Virus record (IMG/VR): IMGVR_UViG_3300020455_000006
Coordinates: 1 to 64,000 of that record
DNA: 64,000 nt
Direction: 5' to 3' (one strand)
Source: a virus
Shown: one piece after another, positions 1-9,216 of the stretch
Layout: every line of letters begins with the position of its first letter
Position numbering within the stretch: the first letter of the stretch is position 1
Made by a program: the position numbers and the translations under genes
Notes under the pieces: model-generated
Seen by the model: the letters and a program-made list of their open reading frames with translations, nothing else
Told to the model about the DNA's origin: nothing
The model's database searches: none

Positions 1-1
1 C

Positions 2-172
2 CAGTCGGTTGTTGATGCATCTGGTAAGGTTGTTCCTACTTGGGGTGACGTTCTAAACAGAGCGAACTTAGGTATGGAAGTAATGCATGAGCGTAATGCT
101 CACAACTTCCCACTTGACCTTGCTGCTGCTGAGACTTCTGAAGTTGCACTTGTTGCTCCTTCTGTTGGTTGA
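2..172 (+). CDS. psbA: Photosystem II D1 protein, 3' end (partial, runs off window)
   Basis: Manual translation: [56 protein letters not shown], the D1 C-terminus. Missing from the ORF track. Confidence 0.98.
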   Translation, partial: QSVVDASGKVVPTWGDVLNRANLGMEVMHERNAHNFPLDLAAAETSEVALVAPSVG

Positions 173-197
173 CGTTCAACATATCAGGTGATATAAT

Positions 198-224
198 AAG
201 GGGATCTAAGGATCCCCTTTTTTT
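198..224 (+). terminator. Rho-independent terminator after psbA
   Basis: AAGGGGATC-taag-GATCCCCTT hairpin followed by a T-run. Confidence 0.85.
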
Positions 225-455
225 ATGAAAACCACAGAGAACTACGAGCAATTACTAGCAAGGTTTACCAAGAGATTAGGACAGGTTGACCCAGAAGATA
301 AAGAAAGGGTGTCATATCTAAAAGGATGTATAGATACTATTACATATTTGATGACTGGTAAGTTACCTAGAGATGGTAATCATGATGGTATGAAAGATCA
401 TAAACCAACTCTACTGAAACGTCCCAGACATAATAATTTGGATGCATTAGATTGA
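225..455 (+). CDS. Hypothetical protein
   Basis: 76-aa ORF overlapping the next start. Confidence 0.65.
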   Translation: MKTTENYEQLLARFTKRLGQVDPEDKERVSYLKGCIDTITYLMTGKLPRDGNHDGMKDHKPTLLKRPRHNNLDALD

Positions 456-1789
456 AACACACAGTCCATCAGCACTGGGATCCACTAAAGGTATGTGCCG
501 TAGGTAGATCATTCCCACCAGAATTTTATAGTCGAATCAAAAATTCAAAGGTCCGATCTGTGATGGAAAGGATAGCGATAGAAACTGAAGAGGATTATCA
601 GAAAATAATATCCAAACTAAAAGAGTTTGATGTAGAAGTAATTAGAACAGATATCTCTGACATAGAAGATTATACTAATGGTGATGGAGTTGTGGTACAA
701 CCACCTCCCATGTGTCCTAGAGATTTCACCGCAATGATGGGTGATAAGTTTTACATGCCTGGTAAAGGTTATGCAGAGAACTTTGATGTAGATACGATAT
801 TTGATCACCTTTTATGGAATCTAAGTCAGAAAAAAATTAGTAATATAAATGATCCTTTAGCATGTAAACTTGCACAAAAGATAGAGGATATATTGAACCC
901 TAATCATGGATCATCTCCTAAGACATGTTTACTAAAATTCCAATCAAGAGTTACAAAATATAAAACATTCAAATACAATGGCAAAGAGCATCATTTTTAT
1001 AAACTAAAGTCAATTGTTGATCTTTCCGAGATAAAAGAACTTATTATACAAGCACAGTGTCAGACTATTGGATCTAACATCAAGTTTCCTAATAATAAAA
1101 AGGTATATGCATTTGACACTATACAAAAATGGTTAACAAAAAACAATGTTCCAATAGTTTATGATGAGTATGTCAACTCAGCAACAACATCAAGGGTAGG
1201 AAAAGATTTATACTTTGGTAATGTTAATTTGATAGATGGATTAGCACAAGAATCTTTGAAAAACAAATGGCAAAAACTATTTCCAGATTATAGAATTCAT
1301 CCAATGAAAGTTGGAGGTCATTCTGATGGTCAATTTTGTCCTGTCGTTCCTGGTCTTATAATATCATTGAAAAAACCAGAAACATATAAAGATTCATTTC
1401 CAGATTGGGAAGTAGTATCACTGAAAGATGAGAGTTGGAAGAAGGTTGATGGATTTTTGAAGATGAAAGAAAAATGTCAAGGTAAGTGGTGGATACAAGG
1501 TGAAGAAGACAATGATGATCTTATAGATTACATCCAGACATGGTTAGGTGATTGGGTTACGTATGTTGAAGAGTCTGTATTTGATGTCAACATGCTTGTG
1601 ATAGATGAAAAGAATGTAATGTGTAATGGGTATAATAAAAAAGTGTATGATGCTTTTGAGAGGTATGGTATAACTCCTCATGTAGTAAACTTCAGACACA
1701 GATACTTTTGGGACGGTGGTCTTCATTGTAATACCAGTGACATCAGTAGAGTAGGTGAGAGAAAAGATTATTTTCCAGAACGTGACTAG
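452..1789 (+). CDS. Amidinotransferase-family (pentein) enzyme
   Basis: HWDPLKVCAVGR N-terminus, CPRD, HSDG, and C-terminal FWDGGLHC with the catalytic Cys; TTG start. Confidence 0.85.
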   Translation: MKHTVHQHWDPLKVCAVGRSFPPEFYSRIKNSKVRSVMERIAIETEEDYQKIISKLKEFDVEVIRTDISDIEDYTNGDGVVVQPPPMCPRDFTAMMGDKFYMPGKGYAENFDVDTIFDHLLWNLSQKKISNINDPLACKLAQKIEDILNPNHGSSPKTCLLKFQSRVTKYKTFKYNGKEHHFYKLKSIVDLSEIKELIIQAQCQTIGSNIKFPNNKKVYAFDTIQKWLTKNNVPIVYDEYVNSATTSRVGKDLYFGNVNLIDGLAQESLKNKWQKLFPDYRIHPMKVGGHSDGQFCPVVPGLIISLKKPETYKDSFPDWEVVSLKDESWKKVDGFLKMKEKCQGKWWIQGEEDNDDLIDYIQTWLGDWVTYVEESVFDVNMLVIDEKNVMCNGYNKKVYDAFERYGITPHVVNFRHRYFWDGGLHCNTSDISRVGERKDYFPERD

Positions 1790-1865
1790 GCATTTCTTTT
1801 TATGAAGAAAGGGTCTTTATGTTATAATACCAAGATAAATAATACAGAACACATGGAGGGTGTGT

Positions 1866-2015
1866 ATGCAGCATAACGTGGTTAGTTACAATCAACTGGC
1901 AGGCTCATACGAAGATCGACACGATCAAAAATTGACCGAATATTATGAGTGTCTGATTGAAAGTGGCGACGACCAAAAGAGTAAACGAATATGTAATGAG
2001 GTTTATCTCATGTAA
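1866..2015 (+). CDS. Small Cys-containing hypothetical protein (49 aa)
   Basis: MQHNVVSYNQLAG...EYYECLIESGDDQKSKRICNEVYLM; GGAGG RBS and GATAAATA late-promoter-like site upstream, terminator downstream. Confidence 0.8.
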   Translation: MQHNVVSYNQLAGSYEDRHDQKLTEYYECLIESGDDQKSKRICNEVYLM

Positions 2016-2046
2016 AAAAAGACCGTCTCACCAACGGTCTTTTTTT
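2015..2046 (+). terminator. Terminator, possibly bidirectional
   Basis: AAAAAAGACCGT-ctcacca-ACGGTCTTTTTT. Confidence 0.85.
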
Positions 2047-2084
2047 ATGGGTATATATACTTACAATAGTAATCTCCCGAATCC

Positions 2085-2225
2085 ATGAAAGATAAAAAAG
2101 CTGCAAAAAAAATTATCAAACGTCGAAAGCAAAACAAAAATCTCTACACTGCAGAAGACGTATTATATGCTAAGATGATAAGGAAACGTATAAAACAAAA
2201 TGAAGCCAAGGCAAAAGAAAAGTAG
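2085..2225 (+). CDS. Small basic hypothetical protein (46 aa)
   Basis: Manual translation: MKDKKAAKKIIKRRKQNKNLYTAEDVLYAKMIRKRIKQNEAKAKEK. Confidence 0.7.
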   Translation: MKDKKAAKKIIKRRKQNKNLYTAEDVLYAKMIRKRIKQNEAKAKEK

Positions 2226-2427
2226 AACCTATTACTGGTTCTGGGGTGCTGCTACTGTATCAGTGTTTGCTGGACAGATCTATGTTGGAAATGGATTCCG
2301 TAGGATGGCAGAGTCTTTAGATGGAATTTCTGCTGACATCAATTTACTTGTAGAGGTTGTTACTACACCCTCACCTAAAACAATGCCAGTTCCAGATTAT
2401 GACTATGACATGCCTATCTTGAGATGA
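2200..2427 (+). CDS. Hypothetical membrane protein
   Basis: One hydrophobic segment (YYWFWGAATVSVFAGQIYVG); operon-like overlaps. Confidence 0.7.
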   Translation: MKPRQKKSRTYYWFWGAATVSVFAGQIYVGNGFRRMAESLDGISADINLLVEVVTTPSPKTMPVPDYDYDMPILR

Positions 2428-2960
2428 TATTTTGTTCATATGATTATGAATTATCTCAAGATGATACCCAGTACATTTATGATACCTATAAACAAGATAG
2501 GTTTTTGAGACCTGGTAATGGATCTTACTACACTGGATACCATACTCATCCAATGTCAAGAGCAAGGTACAAAACTGAAAAGTTTGATGATAAAAAAATT
2601 GTCACAATGTATTCTTCGTTCCTTGCAAAGTGTTTGAGAGAACAAGGTTATCCAATGGAAGATAGTATCCTATCTTATAATCATATTTGGGCTCAAATAT
2701 ATCTGAAGGAGAAGGGTTCAATGAATGCTCCTCATAATCACTACATATCTAAGGAGCTATGCTCTTGGATTCATTTTGTCAATGTACCTGATGATCAAGA
2801 TTGTTTGTATTTTCAAATAGGAGATACAAAAGTCTACCCAAAAGAGCAGAGGTCTGGTAAACTTATATTCTTCCCTTCGTGGGCATTCCATGGGGTTGAT
2901 CCAATTACAACAACAAAAGAAAGAGTTGTTGTTGCAGGTAACATAGTCAAACTATTATGA
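2424..2960 (+). CDS. 2OG-Fe(II) oxygenase-like protein
   Basis: PHNH...FFPSWAFHGV...RVVVAGN pattern typical of cyanophage oxygenases. Confidence 0.75.
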   Translation: MIFCSYDYELSQDDTQYIYDTYKQDRFLRPGNGSYYTGYHTHPMSRARYKTEKFDDKKIVTMYSSFLAKCLREQGYPMEDSILSYNHIWAQIYLKEKGSMNAPHNHYISKELCSWIHFVNVPDDQDCLYFQIGDTKVYPKEQRSGKLIFFPSWAFHGVDPITTTKERVVVAGNIVKLL

Positions 2961-3193
2961 AAGCAGTTCTATGGTCTAAAGATAACTGTCAGTGGTGTGA
3001 AAGAGTTAAACAACTCTTTGCTCATTGCAAGATAGATTACCTAGAATATAAATTGGACAAAGACTTTACTAAGTCACAGTTCATACAAGAATTTAAGGAA
3101 GGTGCTACCTTTCCACAAGTTCAACTTGATAACAAACACATAGGTGGATGCAAGGACACACTACATTATCTTCAAAGAAAAAAGATGATCTGA
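2957..3193 (+). CDS. Glutaredoxin
   Basis: CQWC active site, TFPQV, IGG. Confidence 0.9.
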   Translation: MKAVLWSKDNCQWCERVKQLFAHCKIDYLEYKLDKDFTKSQFIQEFKEGATFPQVQLDNKHIGGCKDTLHYLQRKKMI

Positions 3194-3279
3194 ACTCTAT
3201 CAACAAGGGTGCAGAACTTATGATGAGGAAGAAAAGTCCATTTTCTAACTCACCTAAATTAAAGAAGAATAGGAGAAAT

Positions 3280-3498
3280 ATGGAACAAGCAGTACTTGCC
3301 CTCAGTGTAATGGTAGGAGTCCTTACACTCGGATTAGGTCTCGTAATCGGGTACTTATTTCGCTCCTATATACATGACACCACTCCACAATACTCTCACC
3401 CTGAGATGTATGATGCGAATGGAAACCCTCTACCAGACGAACTGATCGCTTTCAGATTCGATCCTGATAGAACTCACGATGATGATGACGACGACTAA
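3280..3498 (+). CDS. Hypothetical membrane protein (start moved to 3280)
   Basis: AGGAG RBS before ATG 3280; N-terminal TM segment; HPEMYDANGN motif; acidic tail. Confidence 0.75.
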   Translation: MEQAVLALSVMVGVLTLGLGLVIGYLFRSYIHDTTPQYSHPEMYDANGNPLPDELIAFRFDPDRTHDDDDDD

Positions 3499-3500
3499 TT

Positions 3501-3950
3501 ATGGCAAAACTACCAAACAACCCTTTGGTTTCTGAATTATTCAAAGCAGTTCATGGAAAGAAGACTGCTCCACAAAAAGTTGCTCTACTCAAAGAGCACA
3601 AGCGTGATGATGTGAAAGCATTATTGATATGGAATTTTGATAAGGGTATTGACAGTGCAGTTCCAGAAGGAAATGTACCATACAAAAAGAATGATGCACC
3701 TGCAGGTACAGAAGGACACACAAGACTCATACATGAGTGGAGAACCCTTTATAACTTTGTAAGAGGTGGTAATAATGGGATCTCAAACATGAGAAGAGAG
3801 ACCTTATTGATTCAACTGCTAGAGTCATTACAGCAAGACGAGGCAGAGATAGTATGTCTTGTAAAGGACAAATCATTGCAGTCCAAGTATAGAATTACTA
3901 GGTCAGTGGTAGAACAAGCATATCCAGAGATAGTATGGAGAGATAAATAA
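3501..3950 (+). CDS. Conserved T4-like cyanophage hypothetical protein
   Basis: PEGNVPY...RRETLLIQLLESL...EAE pattern. Confidence 0.75.
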   Translation: MAKLPNNPLVSELFKAVHGKKTAPQKVALLKEHKRDDVKALLIWNFDKGIDSAVPEGNVPYKKNDAPAGTEGHTRLIHEWRTLYNFVRGGNNGISNMRRETLLIQLLESLQQDEAEIVCLVKDKSLQSKYRITRSVVEQAYPEIVWRDK

Positions 3951-3966
3951 AAGAAAGATTGGATAG

Positions 3967-4464
3967 ATGAAGACATACAAAGAGTTCATGCAAGAGAGTA
4001 GCATGTCACGCTTGAAAGCGAAAGCAGACAAGGGTGGCACTGCTGTTATGTCTGCATCAAGAGGAGACAAGTCAAGGAAAGATAATAGTGCGAGAGCAAA
4101 ACAATTAGATAAAGATATCAGAGGTAAGTTTGGGAGAGGTGCAACTAAAGTGATTGGAAAATATGATGAGAAAGATAAGAAAACTGGTGAAACTAAAAGA
4201 GTCAAGGAAAGAAGTCATGTGATACAACAAGGTAAGATGAGTAAAAGAAAGTTCAAGAAGGCAGTCAAGTCTCTAGGTAGGAAGTATGATCAGGATTCTG
4301 TAATAACTCAGCAAAAAGGATCAAAAGATGCTACACTAAAGAGAACCAGAAAGGGTGGATTGCCAAAGAGAAATATCAAACTCGGCAAGATGAGACCTGG
4401 TCGCACTGGTGAAAACGAAACCCAGATCAAAGGAAAGACCTATACCTATGAAGCAAGGATATGA
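3967..4464 (+). CDS. Basic hypothetical protein
   Basis: MKTYKEFMQE start; ATAAATA late-promoter-like site near 3944; KYDQDSV motif. Confidence 0.7.
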   Translation: MKTYKEFMQESSMSRLKAKADKGGTAVMSASRGDKSRKDNSARAKQLDKDIRGKFGRGATKVIGKYDEKDKKTGETKRVKERSHVIQQGKMSKRKFKKAVKSLGRKYDQDSVITQQKGSKDATLKRTRKGGLPKRNIKLGKMRPGRTGENETQIKGKTYTYEARI

Positions 4465-4696
4465 TGACTCCAACTGGAGAGAGGAGTACAAAGCATACAC
4501 CACTAACAAAAAGTATCTTGAACTGTTAGAAAACGGACCTAAGAGTCTTTCTCAGTCATGGATATTACAAGCACTTTATGGTCAGTGGAAGAAGATGAAA
4601 GGATATGATAAACTAGATCCCAAAGAAAATGAAGGTCAACTCCAGTCATCATTCTCAGATTTTGAAAAAAGTATCAAAAGATACAATAAAAGTTGA
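4448..4696 (+). CDS. Hypothetical protein (start moved to 4448)
   Basis: YDDSNWREEY...LLENGPKSLSQSW. Confidence 0.75.
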   Translation: MKQGYDDSNWREEYKAYTTNKKYLELLENGPKSLSQSWILQALYGQWKKMKGYDKLDPKENEGQLQSSFSDFEKSIKRYNKS

Positions 4697-4721
4697 CTAT
4701 ATAATGAGGGTATGCTAACAT
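4671..4721 (+). promoter_or_regulatory. NtcA-box-like site plus sigma70 promoter of the riboswitch locus
   Basis: GTATCAAAAGATAC (GTA-N8-TAC) at 4671-4684; TTGACT (4693-4698)-N17-TAACAT (4716-4721) with an extended TG. Confidence 0.6.
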
Positions 4722-4728
4722 ACCTTTA

Positions 4729-4771
4729 CGTTCAACCTCATAAGAGGTCGCAAGTAAGCCGACACGGAACG
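4729..4771 (+). ncRNA. Glutamine riboswitch-like aptamer 1 (glnA/Downstream-peptide class)
   Basis: CGTTC...GAACG closing stem, ACCTC-ataa-GAGGT inner stem, CGCAAGTAAGCCGAC junction. Confidence 0.7.
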
Positions 4772-4775
4772 GATA

Positions 4776-4957
4776 CGTTCATCCCAGTATGTTTCATCTA
4801 GCAGTTATTGCATCTACTTTCACTTGTGTTGATGCTCAACTTCTTATTGATAAGATGTATGAGTTCAATGTAGAGGAAGAGACACGAGCAGAAATGATTC
4901 TGGTTGTGATAGAAGAAACACCTGAATGTTGGGACGCAAATGCCGACTGAAGGAACG
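4776..4957 (+). ncRNA. Glutamine riboswitch-like aptamer 2 with a ~140-nt loop insertion
   Basis: CGTTCATCCCA ... TGGGACGCAAATGCCGACTGAAGGAACG, directly upstream of a YRG-peptide gene. Confidence 0.7.
4789..4950 (+). CDS. 53-aa ORF nested inside aptamer 2
   Basis: MFHLAVIASTFTCVDAQLLIDKMYEFNVEEETRAEMILVVIEETPECWDANAD*. Confidence 0.65.
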   Translation: MFHLAVIASTFTCVDAQLLIDKMYEFNVEEETRAEMILVVIEETPECWDANAD

Positions 4958-4989
4958 GGTCTAAACCACCCCTACTTTGGAGAAAGCCA

Positions 4990-5112
4990 ATGGCACAAGT
5001 CACTTATCGTGGTGTCCAGTACGACACTAACGAGCGTAAGCAAGTAAAATCACAGAAGGTTCAAGAAACCTACCGTGGTGTTAAGTTTGAAAAAGAACTT
5101 ACTGCTGCTTAG
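4990..5112 (+). CDS. DUF4278-like YRG-motif peptide (40 aa)
   Basis: MAQVTYRGVQYDTNERKQVKSQKVQETYRGVKFEKELTAA; two TYRGV repeats; GGAG RBS. Confidence 0.85.
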   Translation: MAQVTYRGVQYDTNERKQVKSQKVQETYRGVKFEKELTAA

Positions 5113-5130
5113 TTACACTTGAATAAGTTT

Positions 5131-5159
5131 GAGAGGGGTATTGCACCCCTCTTTTTTTT
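5131..5159 (+). terminator. Rho-independent terminator
   Basis: GAGAGGGGT-attgc-ACCCCTCTT followed by a T-run. Confidence 0.8.
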
Positions 5160-5175
5160 CTGCTATTATATTCGT

Positions 5176-5328
5176 ATGGATAGAGATAAACTAAAAATTA
5201 TAGTATCTGATCTAGAGATGCTATTATCTGCACTCAAAGCAGAGGTCTACTCAGACACTGAGTCTTATAGATACTCAGACATAGAAGCACATGAGATGGA
5301 CTATGACGAAGAGTTCGAGGGAACATGA
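5176..5328 (+). CDS. Small acidic hypothetical protein (start moved to 5176)
   Basis: [27 protein letters not shown]...; the longer call overlaps the terminator. Confidence 0.75.
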   Translation: MDRDKLKIIVSDLEMLLSALKAEVYSDTESYRYSDIEAHEMDYDEEFEGT

Positions 5329-5966
5329 ATGTAAGACTTGTCAGCATTACACCTGATGCAGAGAAAACTATGGCATATATTGCCAGAGTTTCTAATCCAA
5401 ACAATCAAGAGAACGAGAAGTATTCAGGTCTCTTGAAGTATTGCATCAAGCACAACCACTGGTCTGTGTTTGAACAATCCACTATGACACTGGAGATAGA
5501 GACAACTCGTGCTATCGCTGCACAGATACTTAGACATAGGTCATTTACATTTCAAGAGTTTAGTCAACGATATGCTGATACCCAACTCCTTGAAACAATT
5601 GAACTACCAGAATTGAGAAGACAAGACAATAAGAATAGGCAGAATAGTATTGATGATCTAGATCCGAAGGTTGTTGAGTCATTGAATAGACAGATGAATA
5701 CCTTATTCAGTAGTGCATTTGCATTGTATAATCAAATGCTTGAAGAGGGTGTGGCAAAAGAGTGTGCAAGAATGGTTCTTCCATTATGCACCCCTACCAA
5801 GATTTATATGACTGGTTCATGTAGATCATGGATTCATTACATCAATCTGAGGTCAGCACATGGTACTCAGAAAGAGCACATGGAGATAGCAAAACAATGT
5901 GCATATATCTTTTCAGGTCAATTCCCTGCAGTTAGTGAGGCATTAGGATGGGAACACTCTACTTAG
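5325..5966 (+). CDS. thyX: FAD-dependent thymidylate synthase
   Basis: [14 protein letters not shown] signature, HWSVFE, ARMVLP. Confidence 0.97.
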   Translation: MNVRLVSITPDAEKTMAYIARVSNPNNQENEKYSGLLKYCIKHNHWSVFEQSTMTLEIETTRAIAAQILRHRSFTFQEFSQRYADTQLLETIELPELRRQDNKNRQNSIDDLDPKVVESLNRQMNTLFSSAFALYNQMLEEGVAKECARMVLPLCTPTKIYMTGSCRSWIHYINLRSAHGTQKEHMEIAKQCAYIFSGQFPAVSEALGWEHST

Positions 5967-6544
5967 GTCCCACATATGATCTTAGTAATATACAGGGAAA
6001 AGATACAAACTATGATCAGATAGCACACTTCCTTGCAGCAAGAAAGACTGTTGCAATATATCAGGGTAGATCTGAAGCAGGACCTAGAGCGTTAGGTAAT
6101 CGATCTATATTATATGATCCACGAGATCCTAATGGGAAGGACATAGTTAATAAAATCAAGAAGAGAGAATCATTCAGACCATTTGCTGCCAGTATTCTAC
6201 GAGCAGAAGCATCATCATGGTTTGACATGGCAGGTATGTATGAGTCACCTTACATGATGTATGCTGTTGATAGTCTACCTGATGTAAGAAAAATTATCCC
6301 TGCTGTGCTTCATGTAGATCATACCTGCAGGATACAAACTGTGACATCGAGTCAGAACTTTCATTTCTTTTATCTTATTACTGCTTTTTATAATATAACT
6401 GAGGTGCCAATTCTATTCAACACATCATTCAACATGGCGGGTGATCCTTTAGTGGAGACACCTAGAGATGCTATAGATACTTTCATGGGTAGTGAACTAG
6501 ACTATCTTTATTTTCCAGAGGTGCAAAAGGTGATTTCAAAATGA
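5948..6544 (+). CDS. Carbamoyltransferase C-terminal (YrdC-like) domain, stand-alone
   Basis: [42 protein letters not shown]. Confidence 0.92.
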   Translation: MGTLYLGPTYDLSNIQGKDTNYDQIAHFLAARKTVAIYQGRSEAGPRALGNRSILYDPRDPNGKDIVNKIKKRESFRPFAASILRAEASSWFDMAGMYESPYMMYAVDSLPDVRKIIPAVLHVDHTCRIQTVTSSQNFHFFYLITAFYNITEVPILFNTSFNMAGDPLVETPRDAIDTFMGSELDYLYFPEVQKVISK

Positions 6545-6608
6545 ACTTTTTGATTCATATATTCGGGAAAAAAAACTCGGCAAATTTTTGGGGTCTTAAG
6601 TTTTTATG
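6541..6608 (+). repeat. Dispersed leader element, copy 1
   Basis: ACTTTTTGATT...GGAAAAAAAACTCGGCAAATTTTTG...CTTAAGTTTTTATG; resembles 14076-14141. Confidence 0.6.
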
Positions 6609-7406
6609 AGAATACTTGGAGTGAATTTGGCAGAGCATGGTTCTATTTGTCTACTCAATGATGGGCAGATAGAATTGTATCATGAGGCAGAAAGGGTAAC
6701 AAGAAAGAAATATGATTTTAGAGTAGAGGAACTTATCGCTGAGACTTTGAAACCTGATGCGATATCTGTGGTGGATTGTGATTATCTTTTTGCGAAAGAG
6801 GGAAGTGATAAGATGTTGTTCACAGCAAAAGCAAACGCTAAAATAAAAAGACTATTCCCCAACGTACCCATACATGATTTTACGAAGAAGCATCATCTTG
6901 CTCATGCTGCATGTGGATATTATAGATCAGACTTTCTTGAAGCAGCAGTAGTGGTTGTTGATGGTGTGGGTTCAAACGGAGAATGTGAAAGTATATACCA
7001 TGTAAGTCACAATGAATTTACATGTGTACAAAAACGTATCACTCAACCAGACAGTGCGGGTTTTGGTAAGTTGTTTGAGGTCACTGCTGTATCTATGGGA
7101 TGGGATCATAGGGAAGCAGGTAAGGTCATGGGACATGCAGCATTAGGTGAGGGTGATACTCACGAGTGTCAAAAACTATGGGAGGCAAGACTTCATATAT
7201 TAGTTGAGGATGCCATCAGAGAAACAGGTTGTGATTGTATCGTACTATCTGGTGGTTGCATGCTGAATTGTGTCGCCAACTATAAATTACGTAAGAGGTT
7301 GCCAAAAGCAGTCAAACTATATACTGAACCCATTGCACACGATGGAGGTACATCTATCGGTGCTGCATACCTAGTCCATTATGCTACCAAAATTAGACAC
7401 TCTTGA
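6606..7406 (+). CDS. Carbamoyltransferase N-terminal (Kae1-like) domain, stand-alone
   Basis: EAERVTRKK, HHLAHA, VVDGVG, EAGKVMG, SGGCMLNCVAN, HDGGTSIGAA. Confidence 0.92.
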   Translation: MRILGVNLAEHGSICLLNDGQIELYHEAERVTRKKYDFRVEELIAETLKPDAISVVDCDYLFAKEGSDKMLFTAKANAKIKRLFPNVPIHDFTKKHHLAHAACGYYRSDFLEAAVVVVDGVGSNGECESIYHVSHNEFTCVQKRITQPDSAGFGKLFEVTAVSMGWDHREAGKVMGHAALGEGDTHECQKLWEARLHILVEDAIRETGCDCIVLSGGCMLNCVANYKLRKRLPKAVKLYTEPIAHDGGTSIGAAYLVHYATKIRHS

Positions 7407-8193
7407 TGTAAGTTCTTCTATTGGTTGCAATCTTGAGTGCAAGGGATGCAATCATTTTAGTAATTATTTTTCTGCTGGTAGTAAAATAAACACTGACTCA
7501 TTGTTAGATGATATCAAGGTTATCTTACCAAGAGTTGATGTTGAGAGAGTAAATGTAATAGGTGGTGAACCTCTTTTGAACCCTCGTTGTGAGGAGATTC
7601 TGAAAACATGTATAGAATATGCTCCAAAGCGTGTGAACATGTACACTAATGGAGAGTTGATACTTGAGAATCAATGGATACGTGACTATCTTGAACTTCC
7701 AAATGTTTATCTTAGAATAAGTTTGCATCTACCTGAATCAACTGAGAGAGGTAGAAAAATAATAGAGAATGTAAAACAATTTGATCACCCTAAATTGATA
7801 ATTACTGAGCATCATACTGGTGCTGACAGATGGTTTGATTCAATAAAAAAAAGAGGAGATAAAGTACACCCATACAATCAAGGTAATATACAAAAGAGTT
7901 TTAAGTGGTGCTCCTGTCCAAATGCTCAACTATATAATGGAATGTTGTGGAAATGTCCGAACACTGCTTTTTTGAGAGAGATGTTATATGTTATGGATCA
8001 AACTGGAGATCCAGAGTGGGATCCATATCTTGTAGATGGTGTGCCTGTCTCTTGTTCTGACGAGGAATTAGAAAAATTCTGTAAAAATTCATTCAAAGCA
8101 GAACCAGTATGTAATATGTGTACTCACAAACCATTACATTTTAGTGCAGCACAGCAGCAAAAAACCAAAAGAAAGGTTATAATATCACCATAA
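7381..8193 (+). CDS. Radical SAM protein
   Basis: CNLECKGC (CxxxCxxC), GGEPLL, TNG, extra C-terminal cysteines. Confidence 0.9.
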   Translation: MLPKLDTLDVSSSIGCNLECKGCNHFSNYFSAGSKINTDSLLDDIKVILPRVDVERVNVIGGEPLLNPRCEEILKTCIEYAPKRVNMYTNGELILENQWIRDYLELPNVYLRISLHLPESTERGRKIIENVKQFDHPKLIITEHHTGADRWFDSIKKRGDKVHPYNQGNIQKSFKWCSCPNAQLYNGMLWKCPNTAFLREMLYVMDQTGDPEWDPYLVDGVPVSCSDEELEKFCKNSFKAEPVCNMCTHKPLHFSAAQQQKTKRKVIISP

Positions 8194-8215
8194 ATACAAC
8201 ACCTTACAAAATCAT

Positions 8216-8464
8216 ATGCCAAGTTATCCTATTAAAAATTTGAAGACAGGTGAAACACAAGAACTTACCATGTCCATGAAAGAATATGACCAGTGGAGAA
8301 AGGACAATCCTGACTGGGATAAAGATTGGAGTGCAGGTACAGGTGGAGTAGTCAGTGGAACAGGAGATGTGTATAGTCGTACAGATGGAGGATGGAATGA
8401 AGTACTATCCAAAGTAGCACAAGTACCTGGTTCAAAAGTAAAACCACAGAAACGATTCCCATAA
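8216..8464 (+). CDS. Conserved hypothetical protein upstream of phoH (FmdB-like)
   Basis: MPSYP...GWNEVLSKV..PGS; conserved position before phoH. Confidence 0.7.
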   Translation: MPSYPIKNLKTGETQELTMSMKEYDQWRKDNPDWDKDWSAGTGGVVSGTGDVYSRTDGGWNEVLSKVAQVPGSKVKPQKRFP

Positions 8465-9216
8465 TGGCAAGAAAGAAGAAGATGTCAACCAGTGTTGGTG
8501 CTGGAATGACTGCCAAGCAGTTGCAAAGGAAGAAACCTTTTCATTCTGATATGATGGTGCAGGTTGATCCTGTGACAGAAAATCAAAAGGTGGTGTTCGA
8601 TCAATATGTAGAGGGTAAATCTTTGTTTTTGTATGGTGCAGCAGGTACAGGTAAAACATTTATAACATTATATCTTGCACTCAAGGAAGTATTAGATCCT
8701 CTGACTCCATATCAAAAATTATATATTGTAAGATCACTTGTATCTACAAGAGAGATAGGGTTCTTACCTGGTGATCATGAGGATAAGTCTGACATATATC
8801 AAATACCATACAAACATATGGTCAAGTATATGTTTGAACTACCTACAGACAATGACTTTGATATGTTGTGGGGTAATCTAAAGACACAGGACAGTATCAA
8901 GTTCTGGTCAACCTCATTCATCAGAGGAACAACTCTTGATGATGCTATCATTATTGTGGATGAGTCACAAAACTTGAATTTTCATGAGTTAGATAGTATA
9001 ATGACAAGAGTAGGTGAAAACTGTAAGATTATGTTCTGTGGTGATGTTGCTCAGACTGACCTCGTAAAGACCAACGATAAGAATGGTATCCTTGATTTTC
9101 AAAAGATCATTGCTAGGATGCCTGAGTTTGATTTGGTTGAGTTTGGTGTGGATGATATTGTAAGATCAGGTATAGTCAAAAGTTATCTTATTAGTAAAAT
9201 TGAACTAGGAATGTAA
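8464..9216 (+). CDS. phoH: PhoH-family ATPase
   Basis: GAAGTGKT, IGFLPG, RGTTL, DESQN, GDVAQTDL. Confidence 0.96.
   Translation: MARKKKMSTSVGAGMTAKQLQRKKPFHSDMMVQVDPVTENQKVVFDQYVEGKSLFLYGAAGTGKTFITLYLALKEVLDPLTPYQKLYIVRSLVSTREIGFLPGDHEDKSDIYQIPYKHMVKYMFELPTDNDFDMLWGNLKTQDSIKFWSTSFIRGTTLDDAIIIVDESQNLNFHELDSIMTRVGENCKIMFCGDVAQTDLVKTNDKNGILDFQKIIARMPEFDLVEFGVDDIVRSGIVKSYLISKIELGM

Noticed and set aside
36-251. 71-aa minus-strand ORF
   Set aside because: Antisense shadow of the psbA 3' end and its terminator.
8190-8470. Pho box upstream of phoH
   Set aside because: No convincing 11-bp-spaced direct repeat; only a late-promoter-like CATAAATA.
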